The notes under the pieces: model-generated
What the model was told of the DNA's origin: nothing
The model's database searches: none
The model's input: only the letters and a program-made list of their open reading frames with translations
Shown here: piece by piece, positions 26,112 through 35,476 of the stretch
Layout: every line of letters starts with the position of its first letter
How positions within the stretch are numbered: the stretch's first letter is position 1
Assembly (NCBI GenBank): GCA_964547855.1
Contig: CAZJPG010000001.1
Coordinates: 82,632-146,631 of the forward strand
Reading direction: 5' to 3'
Length of the DNA: 64,000 bases
Origin: an uncultured Gammaproteobacteria bacterium
Lineage (GTDB): Bacteria > Patescibacteriota > Patescibacteriia > Patescibacteriales > WJLG01
Translations under genes and position numbers: made by a program

Positions 26112-27470
26112 ATGAATAATAACATAAAAAAATTCTTGCTGATATTAGGAGATTTGGCTGTCATGTACGCTTCTTTGCTGTTTACGCTGATGATTCGCTA
26201 TGGCATAGAGCCCAATAAATACGACTGGGGGCTACATTTCATGCCTTTTACGACCACCTTCTTTTTATGGCTAATAGTCTTTTATATTAGCGATCTTTAT
26301 AATCTGCATGCGGCGGTGAACAATTCTCGCCTTTGGAAAACGATCCTTCGCGCTTTTATAGGGTCTTCCTTAATATCTGTGTTATTCTTTTACTTATCTC
26401 CGACCACTGAGATCGCCCCAAAGACCAGCTTGGCCATATTTATCGGCGTATTTTTCGCTATGTTCGTAGTTTGGCGCCGCCTATTCAACTGGGCTCTGGC
26501 GTCATATTTACCAAAAAATAATATCGCCATAGTCGGGAGAAACGGCTTGGTCGATGAATTGTTGGCCGAAATAAAGAATAAACCTCACCTTGGCTTCACC
26601 ATCTCTTTCATAGTCGACGACAAAACCACCGAAAAAGAGATCTCCGGCACGCCAATTTTTTCCAACCTCAAAGACTTACCCGAGCTAATAGAGAAGAAAA
26701 AAGTCAGTAATGTCATTTTAGTGGAAACACCGGACTCCGAAAATTTACGCGCCTTGCTGTTCGAATGTTTATCTCTAAAAATAAGTTTCATAAACCTAGT
26801 GAATTTCTACGAAGGAATTACTGGCAAGGTGCCGATAGAGTCGATCAGCAAAACTTGGTTCTTGGAGAATCTGAGCGAAGGAGACAAACTTGGCTTCGAC
26901 GCCATAAAACGCTTTGCCGATGTTGTCTTGGCCTTACTGATATTTGCCATCACTCTTCCCTTTTGGCCGCTCATCGCCCTGTTTATAAAAATAAGCAGTC
27001 GCGGCCCGGTATTTTTCAAACAAATCAGATCCGGAGAAAATGGTCACGATTTCAAAATGATAAAATTCCGTACCATGAAGATCGAGGACAATAACCATGC
27101 TCCGACAACTGACAAAGACAAGCGTATCACTGCCATAGGCAATTTTTTAAGAAAGACCCGCATCGACGAAATACCGCAAGTGATCAATATAATAAAAGGA
27201 GAGATGAGCTTCGTTGGTCCGCGCCCAGAACGTCCGGAGTTGATCGCCGAACTGGAAAAAAACATCCCTTTCTACCGCGAAAGGATGCTAGTCAAACCAG
27301 GGATCACCGGCGTAGACCAAACATCAGGAGAATATCATTCACCAAGTTACGAAGATACCTTAAAAAAATTACAATACGATCTCTTTTATATAAAGAACCG
27401 ATCTCTTTATCTCGATGTTTCAATTCTATTGAAGACGATCCGCACGGTCTTGTCGCGTGGCGGGAAATAA
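26112..27470 (+). CDS. Polyprenyl-phosphate hexose-1-phosphate transferase (WbaP/EpsB-type priming sugar transferase)
   Basis: 452 aa. N-terminal TM helices, a central Rossmann-like segment, and a C-terminal bacterial sugar-transferase domain (KRFADVVLAL..., FKMIKFRTM, DEIPQVINIIKGEMSFVGPRPERP, KPGITG). Confidence 0.88.
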   Translation: MNNNIKKFLLILGDLAVMYASLLFTLMIRYGIEPNKYDWGLHFMPFTTTFFLWLIVFYISDLYNLHAAVNNSRLWKTILRAFIGSSLISVLFFYLSPTTEIAPKTSLAIFIGVFFAMFVVWRRLFNWALASYLPKNNIAIVGRNGLVDELLAEIKNKPHLGFTISFIVDDKTTEKEISGTPIFSNLKDLPELIEKKKVSNVILVETPDSENLRALLFECLSLKISFINLVNFYEGITGKVPIESISKTWFLENLSEGDKLGFDAIKRFADVVLALLIFAITLPFWPLIALFIKISSRGPVFFKQIRSGENGHDFKMIKFRTMKIEDNNHAPTTDKDKRITAIGNFLRKTRIDEIPQVINIIKGEMSFVGPRPERPELIAELEKNIPFYRERMLVKPGITGVDQTSGEYHSPSYEDTLKKLQYDLFYIKNRSLYLDVSILLKTIRTVLSRGGK

Positions 27471-27504
27471 AACAAAAACTTCGACTATTTTTAGCTAACA
27501 AATG

Positions 27505-27538
27505 GCCGCCAGCTTAAATGCTGACGGCTTTGTTTTTT
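27505..27538 (+). terminator. Probable terminator after the priming transferase gene
   Basis: GCCGCCAGCttaaatGCTGACGGCtttgtttttt: 9-bp stem with one mismatch, then a T-rich tail. Confidence 0.5.
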
Positions 27539-27609
27539 CGTTTAGGAAATATATTTTAACAACATTAAAACATTTTTGTGTCAAAGCGTCTTTTTATTCT
27601 ATTTTCACC

Positions 27610-27638
27610 TTTACAAATTCATTTTAAAGAGATAGATT
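27610..27638 (+). promoter_or_regulatory. Possible promoter of the gmd-fcl unit
   Basis: TTTACA, 17 nt, TAGATT, about 40 nt upstream of the gmd ATG. Confidence 0.3.
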
Positions 27639-27678
27639 AACAGGTAAGAAATTCAAGGGAGAACCATAAGACATAACT

Positions 27679-28725
27679 ATGCCCAAGAAAGCCCTCATCA
27701 CCGGTATCACCGGACAAGACGGATCATACCTGGCCGAACTCCTTTTAGAAAAAGGCTATGAGGTGCATGGCGTAATTAGACGCGCCAGCACTTTCAACAC
27801 CGGCCGCATCGATCACCTCTACCAAGACCCTCATATAAACGGCGTCAACATGTTCCTGCACTACGGCGATCTGTCAGATAGCAGCAACATCAGCCGTCTC
27901 GTAGAAAAAGTTCGACCGGACGAAATCTACAATCTTGGCGCCCAAAGCCATGTTCGCGTTTCTTTCGATTTACCAGAATACACTGGAGATATCACGGGCT
28001 TGGGGTCTTTGCGCCTTTTAGACGCCATCCGCGAAAACCGCTTAGCTACCAAGTTCTATCAAGCATCTTCCAGTGAGATGTTCGGCAAAGCCGTCGAGCT
28101 ACCACTAAAGGAGACCACTCCTTTCTATCCTCGCTCTCCTTATGGCTGCGCCAAAGTCTTTTCATATTGGATCACCAAAAACTATCGCGAATCCTATGAC
28201 ATGTTCGCGGTCAATGGCATACTCTTCAATCACGAGTCTCCGCGTCGCGGAGAGACTTTCGTTACTCGCAAAATAACCAGAGGGCTTTCACGCATCAAGC
28301 TCGGCTTAGACACAAAACTATACCTTGGCAACCTTGATGCCAAACGCGATTGGGGACATGCCCGCGATTACGTCGAAGGCATGTGGCGAATGTTGCAGCA
28401 ACCCAAGGCCGATGACTACGTACTCGCTTTGGGCGAAACTCATTCGGTCAGAGAATTCGCCGAAGAGGCTGCCAACTATTTCGGCTATGATCTAGTCTGG
28501 CGTGGCGAGGGTTTAGCCGAAGAAGGTCTTGATGCCAAGACCGGACGCGTCCTGATCAAGATCGACCCTAAATATTTCCGACCAGCCGAAGTCGACGTAC
28601 TGCTTGGCGATCCAACCAAAGCCAAGGAAAAACTAAATTGGGAACCAAAGACTAGCTTTGAAAAACTGGTTCAAGAGATGTGTGAGGCCGATTTCGCCAA
28701 CGAATTAAAGAGTACGGCCATTTAA
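27679..28725 (+). CDS. gmd: GDP-mannose 4,6-dehydratase
   Basis: [70 protein letters not shown]: near-textbook Gmd. Confidence 0.96.
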   Translation: MPKKALITGITGQDGSYLAELLLEKGYEVHGVIRRASTFNTGRIDHLYQDPHINGVNMFLHYGDLSDSSNISRLVEKVRPDEIYNLGAQSHVRVSFDLPEYTGDITGLGSLRLLDAIRENRLATKFYQASSSEMFGKAVELPLKETTPFYPRSPYGCAKVFSYWITKNYRESYDMFAVNGILFNHESPRRGETFVTRKITRGLSRIKLGLDTKLYLGNLDAKRDWGHARDYVEGMWRMLQQPKADDYVLALGETHSVREFAEEAANYFGYDLVWRGEGLAEEGLDAKTGRVLIKIDPKYFRPAEVDVLLGDPTKAKEKLNWEPKTSFEKLVQEMCEADFANELKSTAI

Positions 28726-28750
28726 GGAAGAAAAATAAAAATTTTCGACA

Positions 28751-29680
28751 ATGGATAAGAATTCAAAAATATATATCGCTGGTCACCGCGGGCTTGTCGG
28801 CTCCGCATTATTACGAGCCCTAAAAGCCCAAGGTTATAGCCGCATTTTAACTAAAGTCCGCCACGAGTTGAACTTATTGGATCACGGCGCCGTCCGCTCC
28901 TTCTTTCAAAGAGAGAAACCGGATTACGTTTTTTTAGCCGCAGCTAAGGTCGGAGGTATCGTCGGCAACAGCACTTATCCCGCCGATTTCATCTACGAGA
29001 ATCTAACCATCCAAAATCACATCATTCATAATGCCCATCTTTCCAACGTAAAGAAACTACTCTTTTTAGGATCATCATGTATCTATCCAAAGATGGCTCC
29101 GCAACCGATTCGTGAAGACTACCTCTTGTCCGGCCCCTTGGAAGAGACCAACATCGCCTACGCCACCGCTAAGATCGCCGGTATCATCGCCTGCCAATCC
29201 TACAACCGTCAACACGGCACAAACTTCATCTCGGTCATGCCAACCAATCTCTATGGACCTAATGACAACTTCGATCTGACCACTTCTCATGTCTTGCCCG
29301 CGCTTCTGCGTAAATTCCATGAGGCTAAAATAACAAAAGCCCCTAAAGTCGATGTTTGGGGAACTGGCAGCGCCAAAAGAGAATTCCTACACGTAGATGA
29401 TCTGGCCGACGCTTGCATATTCTTAATGAAGAACTATAACGACGACAAAATAGTCAATATCGGCACCGGCGAGGATGTCTCTATTAAAGAAGCAGCCGAA
29501 GCCATAAAAGAGATCGTCGGCTATGAAGGTGATATTTCTTGGGATATATCTAAACCGGACGGCACGCCCCGCAAGCTCCTCGACGTCTCCAAGATCAACG
29601 ACATGGGCTGGAAGCACAAGATAGATTTCCGCGACGGCCTCAAGTCCTATTACGAATGGTACCTAGCCAATAGGGCGTAA
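28751..29680 (+). CDS. fcl: GDP-L-fucose synthase (GDP-4-keto-6-deoxymannose 3,5-epimerase/4-reductase)
   Basis: IYIAGHRGLVGSAL, AAAKVGGI, LGSSCIYPK, YATAKIAG, PTNLYGPNDNF, HVLPALLRKF. Confidence 0.95.
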   Translation: MDKNSKIYIAGHRGLVGSALLRALKAQGYSRILTKVRHELNLLDHGAVRSFFQREKPDYVFLAAAKVGGIVGNSTYPADFIYENLTIQNHIIHNAHLSNVKKLLFLGSSCIYPKMAPQPIREDYLLSGPLEETNIAYATAKIAGIIACQSYNRQHGTNFISVMPTNLYGPNDNFDLTTSHVLPALLRKFHEAKITKAPKVDVWGTGSAKREFLHVDDLADACIFLMKNYNDDKIVNIGTGEDVSIKEAAEAIKEIVGYEGDISWDISKPDGTPRKLLDVSKINDMGWKHKIDFRDGLKSYYEWYLANRA

Positions 29681-29729
29681 AATTTTAAAAAATAAAACAA
29701 TCAAGGAGGGATTATTTATATTCTAATCT

Positions 29730-30599
29730 ATGTTCGAAAAAGGTAAGATCGGCTTCATCGGCCAAGGCTGGATCGGCAAGAACTATGCCGATGACTTCGA
29801 AGAACGCGGCTTCAATGTCATTCGTTACGACATCGAAAAATTCAAAGATAACTTAGAAAAGCTAAAAACCTGTCCAGTCGTTTTCGTGGCCGTGCCAACC
29901 CCTTCGACGCCTAATGGCTTTGACGATAGCATTCTGATCGACGCCATCAAAAGCGCCACTATAGACGGTCAGGTCATCGTCATTAAATCGACTATCAAAC
30001 TTGGCACCACCGACAAGATCCAAACCATGTTTCCAGAAAGATATATCATCCATAGTCCTGAATTCTTAACCGAGAAGACTGCCCGCCACGATGTAGCCCG
30101 CCCATCACGCAATATCCTTGGTTATACCAAAAAATCCCAACCGGTCTGTGGACGCATAATGAATATCTTGCCCATCGCACCATACGAGTCTATCGTCCCC
30201 TGCCGCGAGGCTGAATTCGTCAAATACATGGGCAATATTTGGTTCTATTTCAAAGTCATGGCCATTAACACTTTCTATGACGTCTCTCAAAAGAACGGCC
30301 TCGACTACGCCTCGCTCAAAGATATGTTGCATGCCGACCCGCGCGTCGGGCGCAGCCATAGCGACCCGGCACATCAAGGCGGCCGCGGTGCCGGCGGACA
30401 TTGCTTCATTAAGGATATGGCCGCTTTCCATGAAATGTACGAAGACCTTATAACCAACAGCCAAGATCTATCCAGGCCCGAACGCGAACAGTTATTCGCC
30501 GGACTAGAGATGATCAAATCGCTCGAGGAATATAATAAGACACTTCTCAAAAACTCCGGTAAATCTCTCGACCTTCTCAAAGGTGTTTACGGAGAATAG
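29730..30599 (+). CDS. Short UDP-glucose/GDP-mannose dehydrogenase-family protein (N-terminal and central domains only)
   Basis: IGFIGQGWIGKNYA (Rossmann fold), VAVPTPS, IKSTIKLGTT, SPEFLTEKTA, AEFVKYMGN, DPRVG, GAGGHCFIKD (catalytic-Cys motif). It ends at 289 aa, so the C-terminal sugar-nucleotide-binding domain is missing. A terminator follows. Confidence 0.62.
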   Translation: MFEKGKIGFIGQGWIGKNYADDFEERGFNVIRYDIEKFKDNLEKLKTCPVVFVAVPTPSTPNGFDDSILIDAIKSATIDGQVIVIKSTIKLGTTDKIQTMFPERYIIHSPEFLTEKTARHDVARPSRNILGYTKKSQPVCGRIMNILPIAPYESIVPCREAEFVKYMGNIWFYFKVMAINTFYDVSQKNGLDYASLKDMLHADPRVGRSHSDPAHQGGRGAGGHCFIKDMAAFHEMYEDLITNSQDLSRPEREQLFAGLEMIKSLEEYNKTLLKNSGKSLDLLKGVYGE

Positions 30600-30611
30600 C
30601 TAAAAATAAAA

Positions 30612-30642
30612 ATCAACCTTCTTTTTCGAGGGTCGATTTTTT
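30612..30642. terminator. Terminator hairpin shared by convergent genes
   Basis: ATCAACCTTCtttttcGAGGGTCGATttttt: 10-bp stem (one mismatch, one G-U pair), A-rich upstream and T-run downstream. Confidence 0.55.
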
Positions 30643-30653
30643 ATTGAAAGATA

Positions 30654-30815
30654 TTAATTTATCAACTTGAAAGACAGCCAAATACCCAACACTCCGCCAA
30701 CACCGGCACAGATTATCGAAGAAAAAGAGAAAGCTCCTGCACCCCACAATGTAGGGATCCAGCCACCAATAGCGGAACCAAAGAACATTCCGATCATTAC
30801 AACTTTCTTATCCAT
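30654..30815 (-). CDS. Small (53 aa) two-helix Gly-rich membrane protein; below the ORF-track size cutoff
   Basis: Hand translation, every codon checked: MDKKVVMIGMFFGSAIGGWIPTLWGAGAFSFSSIICAGVGGVLGIWLSFKLIN, ATG 30815-30813, TAA 30656-30654. The style recalls YeaQ/YmgE-type small membrane proteins. It ends just before the hairpin at 30612-30642. Confidence 0.45.
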   Translation of the reverse strand: MDKKVVMIGMFFGSAIGGWIPTLWGAGAFSFSSIICAGVGGVLGIWLSFKLIN

Positions 30816-30897
30816 GTCTTTTATTTTATCACAAAAACCTATTTTTAGCCTTTTTCTTGATTTTTGACCAAAAAAATGATAACTTTATAGCAGTTTT

Positions 30898-32328
30898 ATG
30901 CTATTCAATTCCCTCATTTTCCTTGCCTTCCTGCCCATCGTCTTCGCCCTGTACTGGTTCGTTTTTAAGCGAAGCCTAAAATGGCAGAATATATTCATTA
31001 TTGTCGCCAGTTACGTTTTTTACGGCTGGTGGGATTGGCGTTTTCTATTCCTGATCGGCTTCTCGTCGGTCATGGATTTCTTTTTTGGTTTGGCTATCGG
31101 CAAGACTGAAAAACAGAAAAAAAGAAAATGGCTCCTGATTGCCAGCCTGATAATAAATCTGGGTATATTAGGCTTCTTCAAATATTTCAATTTCTTCGTC
31201 GATTCGTTCGTCGCCGCCTTTTCTTTCACTGGACTTCAACTGCACGCCACGACCTTAAGGATAATTTTACCAGTCGGTATCAGCTTCTATACTTTTCAAT
31301 CCTTGTCATACACCATCGACATCTACCGCCGCCGCTTGGAACCGACTCGTAGCCTGATAAATTATTTAGCCTTCGTCAGTTTTTTCCCGCAATTGGTCGC
31401 CGGACCGATCGAGCGCGCCAAGCACCTCTTGCCTCAATTCGAGCGTCCGCGCGTCTTCTCCTATAACGAATCGGCCGATGGATTAAAATTAATGCTCTGG
31501 GGATTTTTTAAGAAAGTCGCAGTGGCCGATACTTGCGCCGTCTGGGCCAATGCTATTTTTAACGATTATGGCAAATTATCCGGACCGACCCTGTTTTTAG
31601 GCGCTATCTTCTTCACCTTCCAAATCTACGGCGACTTCTCCGGCTACAGCGATATCGCTCGCGGTCTATCAAAGCTATTCGGTTTCGACATAATGAAAAA
31701 TTTTAACTTGCCGTACTTCTCTCGCAACGTCAAAGAATTTTGGACGCGCTGGCACATATCGCTATCGACCTGGTTCAAAGATTATGTCTACATCCCTCTG
31801 GGCGGCAGTCATTGTTCTAAGCCTAGACAAATATTCAATACTCTCGTGACCTTCACTATCTCCGGCCTTTGGCATGGCGCTAACTGGACTTTCATATTCT
31901 GGGGCTTCTTGAACGGTCTTTTTATGGCCCCAGGGATAATGCGTGGACAAAAGATCGAAACCGATATCGTTGCCGGCGGCCGATTCTTTCCCAAAATAAA
32001 AGAATTCGCCCAACTGACAATAACCTTTGTCCTGACCGTCATAGCTTGGGTTTTCTTCCGCAGTCAGAGCATTGGTCAAGCCTTCAGCTATCTTAGTCAT
32101 ATGTTCTCTGCTGGGATGATCGACAGAGCCTATTTGCGTCCTGACGCTATTTTCTTGATCATGATACTCATCATGATCGAGTGGATACAAAAAGAAAAGG
32201 ACCATCCGCTAAAGGCCGAACGTTATCGCCTCTGGGCGCGCTGGGGATTTTATATTTTCATATTTTGCCTGATCCTATACTTCGGCAACTTCCGCAACCC
32301 GCAGACATTTATCTATTTCCAATTCTAA
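30898..32328 (+). CDS. MBOAT-family membrane-bound O-acyltransferase (AlgI/DltB-like)
   Basis: 476 aa, multi-TM. FFPQLVAGPIER, EFWTRWHISLSTWFKDYVYIPLGG (conserved His), SGLWHGANW. Confidence 0.9.
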   Translation: MLFNSLIFLAFLPIVFALYWFVFKRSLKWQNIFIIVASYVFYGWWDWRFLFLIGFSSVMDFFFGLAIGKTEKQKKRKWLLIASLIINLGILGFFKYFNFFVDSFVAAFSFTGLQLHATTLRIILPVGISFYTFQSLSYTIDIYRRRLEPTRSLINYLAFVSFFPQLVAGPIERAKHLLPQFERPRVFSYNESADGLKLMLWGFFKKVAVADTCAVWANAIFNDYGKLSGPTLFLGAIFFTFQIYGDFSGYSDIARGLSKLFGFDIMKNFNLPYFSRNVKEFWTRWHISLSTWFKDYVYIPLGGSHCSKPRQIFNTLVTFTISGLWHGANWTFIFWGFLNGLFMAPGIMRGQKIETDIVAGGRFFPKIKEFAQLTITFVLTVIAWVFFRSQSIGQAFSYLSHMFSAGMIDRAYLRPDAIFLIMILIMIEWIQKEKDHPLKAERYRLWARWGFYIFIFCLILYFGNFRNPQTFIYFQF

Positions 32329-32329
32329 G

Positions 32330-33265
32330 ATGAAAAAATTTCTGATAAAATCTTTTTCTTTCGCCATTGTCGCTCTGTTGGTGCTTATGATCATCAGTTC
32401 TGTTTTAGCTATGGCAATGAAAGATGATAAACAAGAAAAGATGTCATGGATCGCGGCCAAGCATGACCAAAATTACGGCTTCGCCTTTTTGGGATCGTCG
32501 CGCGTCTTGAATATGGTCGATATAAAATACTTGCAGGACGAATGGCTGACCAATGGTATAAACCTTGGTACTGCCGGCTCAGGTCTGGCCGATAACTACC
32601 TGACACTTTATCGCTTCTACGAAAATGGGAACGGGATCAATAATTTATTCTTACAGCTTGACGAACAATCGCTCGACCCAAGCCAAGGTTTCGGCTACCC
32701 TTTTCATGAATATCTATATTTCGATCTCTTGGGGGACAAAAACGCCGATACCGTCTACCGCGAACAATCCGGCGAATTCAAAACATGGTTATGGGAGCGC
32801 CTACCATTCACTCGCTACATAGAATTCAACAATCCGTTCAAAAAAGCCATACTGCACAACTTCGGCGAAGGTATTAATTACGACTCTACTGGCGGCAGCC
32901 AACTCCTTCCGGCGAAATCGATAGACAACTGGGCTGTAAAAGACCCAGCAAAACAATGGAGCGTCGACGAACAAAGCAAAAGATACCTAGATATGATCGT
33001 CGAACTAGCTCAAGATAATGGAACTAATGTGATATTTTATACCGCTCCTTATCCAAAAGACGCCAATGACAGCCCTTCGCTTCTGGATATTGAGGACTTC
33101 ATAATCAAGACCGCAGCTAAAAAAAGAATTGTCTTTCTTGACTTTCGTCAGACAGAAATATCGAATAAAAGAGAAAACTTCAGGAATCTAGAGCACTTAA
33201 ACGAAGAAGGTGTGAGGATATTCATGAAAGAATTCTCGCCAGAAGCCAAAAGAACACTAAGATAA
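32330..33265 (+). CDS. Membrane-anchored extracytoplasmic partner of the MBOAT, possibly SGNH/DltD-like
   Basis: N-terminal TM. FAFLGSSRV resembles the GSS(E) block I of DltD/SGNH proteins. C-terminal NLEHLNEEG resembles block V (DxxH). Start is 1 nt after the MBOAT stop. Confidence 0.45.
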   Translation: MKKFLIKSFSFAIVALLVLMIISSVLAMAMKDDKQEKMSWIAAKHDQNYGFAFLGSSRVLNMVDIKYLQDEWLTNGINLGTAGSGLADNYLTLYRFYENGNGINNLFLQLDEQSLDPSQGFGYPFHEYLYFDLLGDKNADTVYREQSGEFKTWLWERLPFTRYIEFNNPFKKAILHNFGEGINYDSTGGSQLLPAKSIDNWAVKDPAKQWSVDEQSKRYLDMIVELAQDNGTNVIFYTAPYPKDANDSPSLLDIEDFIIKTAAKKRIVFLDFRQTEISNKRENFRNLEHLNEEGVRIFMKEFSPEAKRTLR

Positions 33266-33266
33266 A

Positions 33267-33294
33267 CCGCCACCTTCCAAGGAGGCGGTTTTTT
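33267..33294 (+). terminator. Probable terminator
   Basis: CCGCCACCttccaaGGAGGCGGtttttt: 8-bp stem with one mismatch, then T6. Confidence 0.55.
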
Positions 33295-33314
33295 CTTGCT
33301 TTTATAGGCTAAAA

Positions 33315-34625
33315 ATGCTAAATTCTTATATTGAGAACAAGATGGAAAACATAAGACAAAAAGCCGTCGGACTACTTAAATGGACGGAAAAATGGACAAA
33401 AACCGACATGGTCTACATAGCCCATGGCGGATTTTGGCTAGGCATTGGCCAATTCCTGTCTAGCATGGCCGGCTTAATAACGGCTTATTTCTTTGCTAAT
33501 TATTTTCCTAGAGAGACATATGGCATCTACACCTACTGCATCTCTTGGATCGGTCTTTTTTCTCTCTTCGCTCTTCAAGGAATGAACGGAGCCTTGATAC
33601 AAGCCGTGGCTCGCGGCAAAGACGGTCTATTGGTTCCTGCATTCTGGGAAAGAGTGAAGTGGGCCTCGTTGGGCGGTGTCACCTCCTTAGGCTTTGCTGT
33701 TTATTATTTTATCAATGGCAACGCCATGCTCGGCTGGGCATTTGTCATAATCGCTTTATTCATTCCGATATTCGATCCATTGAATACTTACACTGCCGTG
33801 GTCAATGGACATAAAGATTACAAGACACTTGGGTTTTACAATTCAGTGACCAGACTAGGGCCAATGGTGCCAATAGTCTTGATATTATTCTTCACTGACC
33901 ACTTATTACTGATATTGTCCGTCTATCTGTTGGCCCACACTGGTTTTAGAACATTGCTTTTCTATTTGACCTATCGCAAGCACCGAGCCAAGGCCGAAAA
34001 CGACCCAGAGGTCATTGGCTTCGGCAAGCATCTAAGCATATTGAATGCCATCACCCTCGGAGCTGGCGAGATCGACAAAATATTGGTCTTCCAATTTCTC
34101 GGCCCAGTACAACTTGCCATCTATTCTTTTGCTATAACTCCGATATCACAATTAAAAAGACCTACCAGTATATTAGGCACCCTCACTCTGCCAAAGATGA
34201 GCGGCCGCAGCTTAGAAGAATTACAGAAACACATGGGCTGGAAAATATTTGTCTATGGACTCATAACCATATCGATGATCGCCGGCTACATCATCTTCGC
34301 TCCCTTTGCCTTCAAATGGCTATTTCCTCAATATCTTGATTCTGTGCCTTATTCTCAGGTCTTGGCCCTGTCTCTCTTGTCTCTCCCAACGACCCTTATA
34401 ACCCAGGCGATGATATCGCAGTCGGCTAAAAAAAGTCTGTATAAGACTAAATTAGCCCTTCCTGTCATAAAAATATTTTTATTACTGCTTCTGCTTCCTA
34501 GACTAAAGATTTGGGGAGTGATCCTTGCTACTGTTATAGCCGAAATAGGCTGGTCAGTCATCTCTTTCTTAGTTTTCAAAAACATAAGACCGCAAAATAA
34601 TGCCCAAGATCAAAAAAGCGCTTGA
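33315..34625 (+). CDS. Wzx-like oligosaccharide flippase (MOP superfamily)
   Basis: 436 aa with about 12 hydrophobic helices. Size, topology and position inside a glycan cluster are typical of polysaccharide flippases. Confidence 0.7.
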   Translation: MLNSYIENKMENIRQKAVGLLKWTEKWTKTDMVYIAHGGFWLGIGQFLSSMAGLITAYFFANYFPRETYGIYTYCISWIGLFSLFALQGMNGALIQAVARGKDGLLVPAFWERVKWASLGGVTSLGFAVYYFINGNAMLGWAFVIIALFIPIFDPLNTYTAVVNGHKDYKTLGFYNSVTRLGPMVPIVLILFFTDHLLLILSVYLLAHTGFRTLLFYLTYRKHRAKAENDPEVIGFGKHLSILNAITLGAGEIDKILVFQFLGPVQLAIYSFAITPISQLKRPTSILGTLTLPKMSGRSLEELQKHMGWKIFVYGLITISMIAGYIIFAPFAFKWLFPQYLDSVPYSQVLALSLLSLPTTLITQAMISQSAKKSLYKTKLALPVIKIFLLLLLLPRLKIWGVILATVIAEIGWSVISFLVFKNIRPQNNAQDQKSA

Positions 34626-35424
34626 GAGTCTTCGCATACTTATTAAAAGAGTCACCGACAATCCGGCCTGTCTGCCGAATTATTTTAAATTGGCCTTTTA
34701 CTATTTAGTGGGCACCGATCGTTTTCTCCCTTTCTATAACCGAATAAAGATATTAACGGCCCAGGAATGCATGGACCATATAACGTCTACTAGAAGATCA
34801 TTTGTTCGTTTCGGCACCGGCGAGGCTCAGATCGCCATGGGGATGGGTTTCTACGCCGGGCGCAGCGCTCAAAATGCCGATCGAAAATTGGTCAAAAGAA
34901 TGAATGATCTCTTCGAGCAGGACAAGGTCTTGGTTGGCATTGGCGCTCGCTTCTTGAGAGCGACCGACGAGGAACTCAAAAAAATAGGAAAATTCAATAT
35001 GTTCTTCCGCAACCGAGTATACCTACGCAAAAAATTAAAGGAAGGCCATGTCTATGGCGAGGCTTTCGCTTTCCGAGAAGATTTCGATTTCAATAAATTA
35101 CTTGATTATCTTAAGACGCAAAACATATACATAATATCTCGCGACAACCCGAACATCTCCGCCTTTAAAGGATCTTTTAAGGCTTCTCTTATAGAAGCAC
35201 CAGTGACCAACGCCTTCGGAGAATACGACGAAATACTCTCGACCATAAAACAAAAGATCGAGCTAGAGAGACCAAACCCGAAAGATAGCGTCTTCCTGGT
35301 CGCGCTTGGTCCAGCCGCTAAACCACTGGTCGTCGACATAGACGCCATGGGTTATACCGCCTGGGACGTCGGGGCCTTCTTCGAGGATTTCATCTTTGAT
35401 AAATATAAAAATCTGATTCAATAA
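34600..35424 (+). CDS. DUF1792/GT-D-fold glycosyltransferase-like protein
   Basis: SFVRFGTGEAQIAMG resembles the RFGDGE motif of DUF1792 (GT-D) enzymes. 274 aa, overlaps the flippase gene by 26 nt. Confidence 0.45.
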   Translation: MPKIKKALESLRILIKRVTDNPACLPNYFKLAFYYLVGTDRFLPFYNRIKILTAQECMDHITSTRRSFVRFGTGEAQIAMGMGFYAGRSAQNADRKLVKRMNDLFEQDKVLVGIGARFLRATDEELKKIGKFNMFFRNRVYLRKKLKEGHVYGEAFAFREDFDFNKLLDYLKTQNIYIISRDNPNISAFKGSFKASLIEAPVTNAFGEYDEILSTIKQKIELERPNPKDSVFLVALGPAAKPLVVDIDAMGYTAWDVGAFFEDFIFDKYKNLIQ

Positions 35425-35451
35425 AAAACTGGCCTTTAAAAGCCAGTTTTT
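35425..35451. terminator. Bidirectional terminator at the convergence point of the two halves of the glycan island
   Basis: AAAACTGGCctttaaaaGCCAGTTTT: perfect 9-bp stem with an A-run and a T-run, lying between the + and - gene blocks. Confidence 0.68.
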
Positions 35452-35476
35452 GAATATTCTAATTATACAGTGGATC

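Noticed and set aside
29703-29729. AAGGAGGG located 20 nt upstream of the UGDH-like ATG, taken as evidence for an earlier start codon
   Set aside because: An in-frame TAA at 29724-29726 blocks any upstream extension, and no alternative start lies at a suitable distance. The SD-like sequence stays unexplained and is not counted as a functional SD site.
30667-30867. Plus-strand 66-aa ORF MKDSQIPNTPPTPAQ...
   Set aside because: It uses a TTG start and has no supporting signals. Its translation looks like the antisense of the Gly-rich membrane ORF on the minus strand (30654..30815), which is the better explanation.
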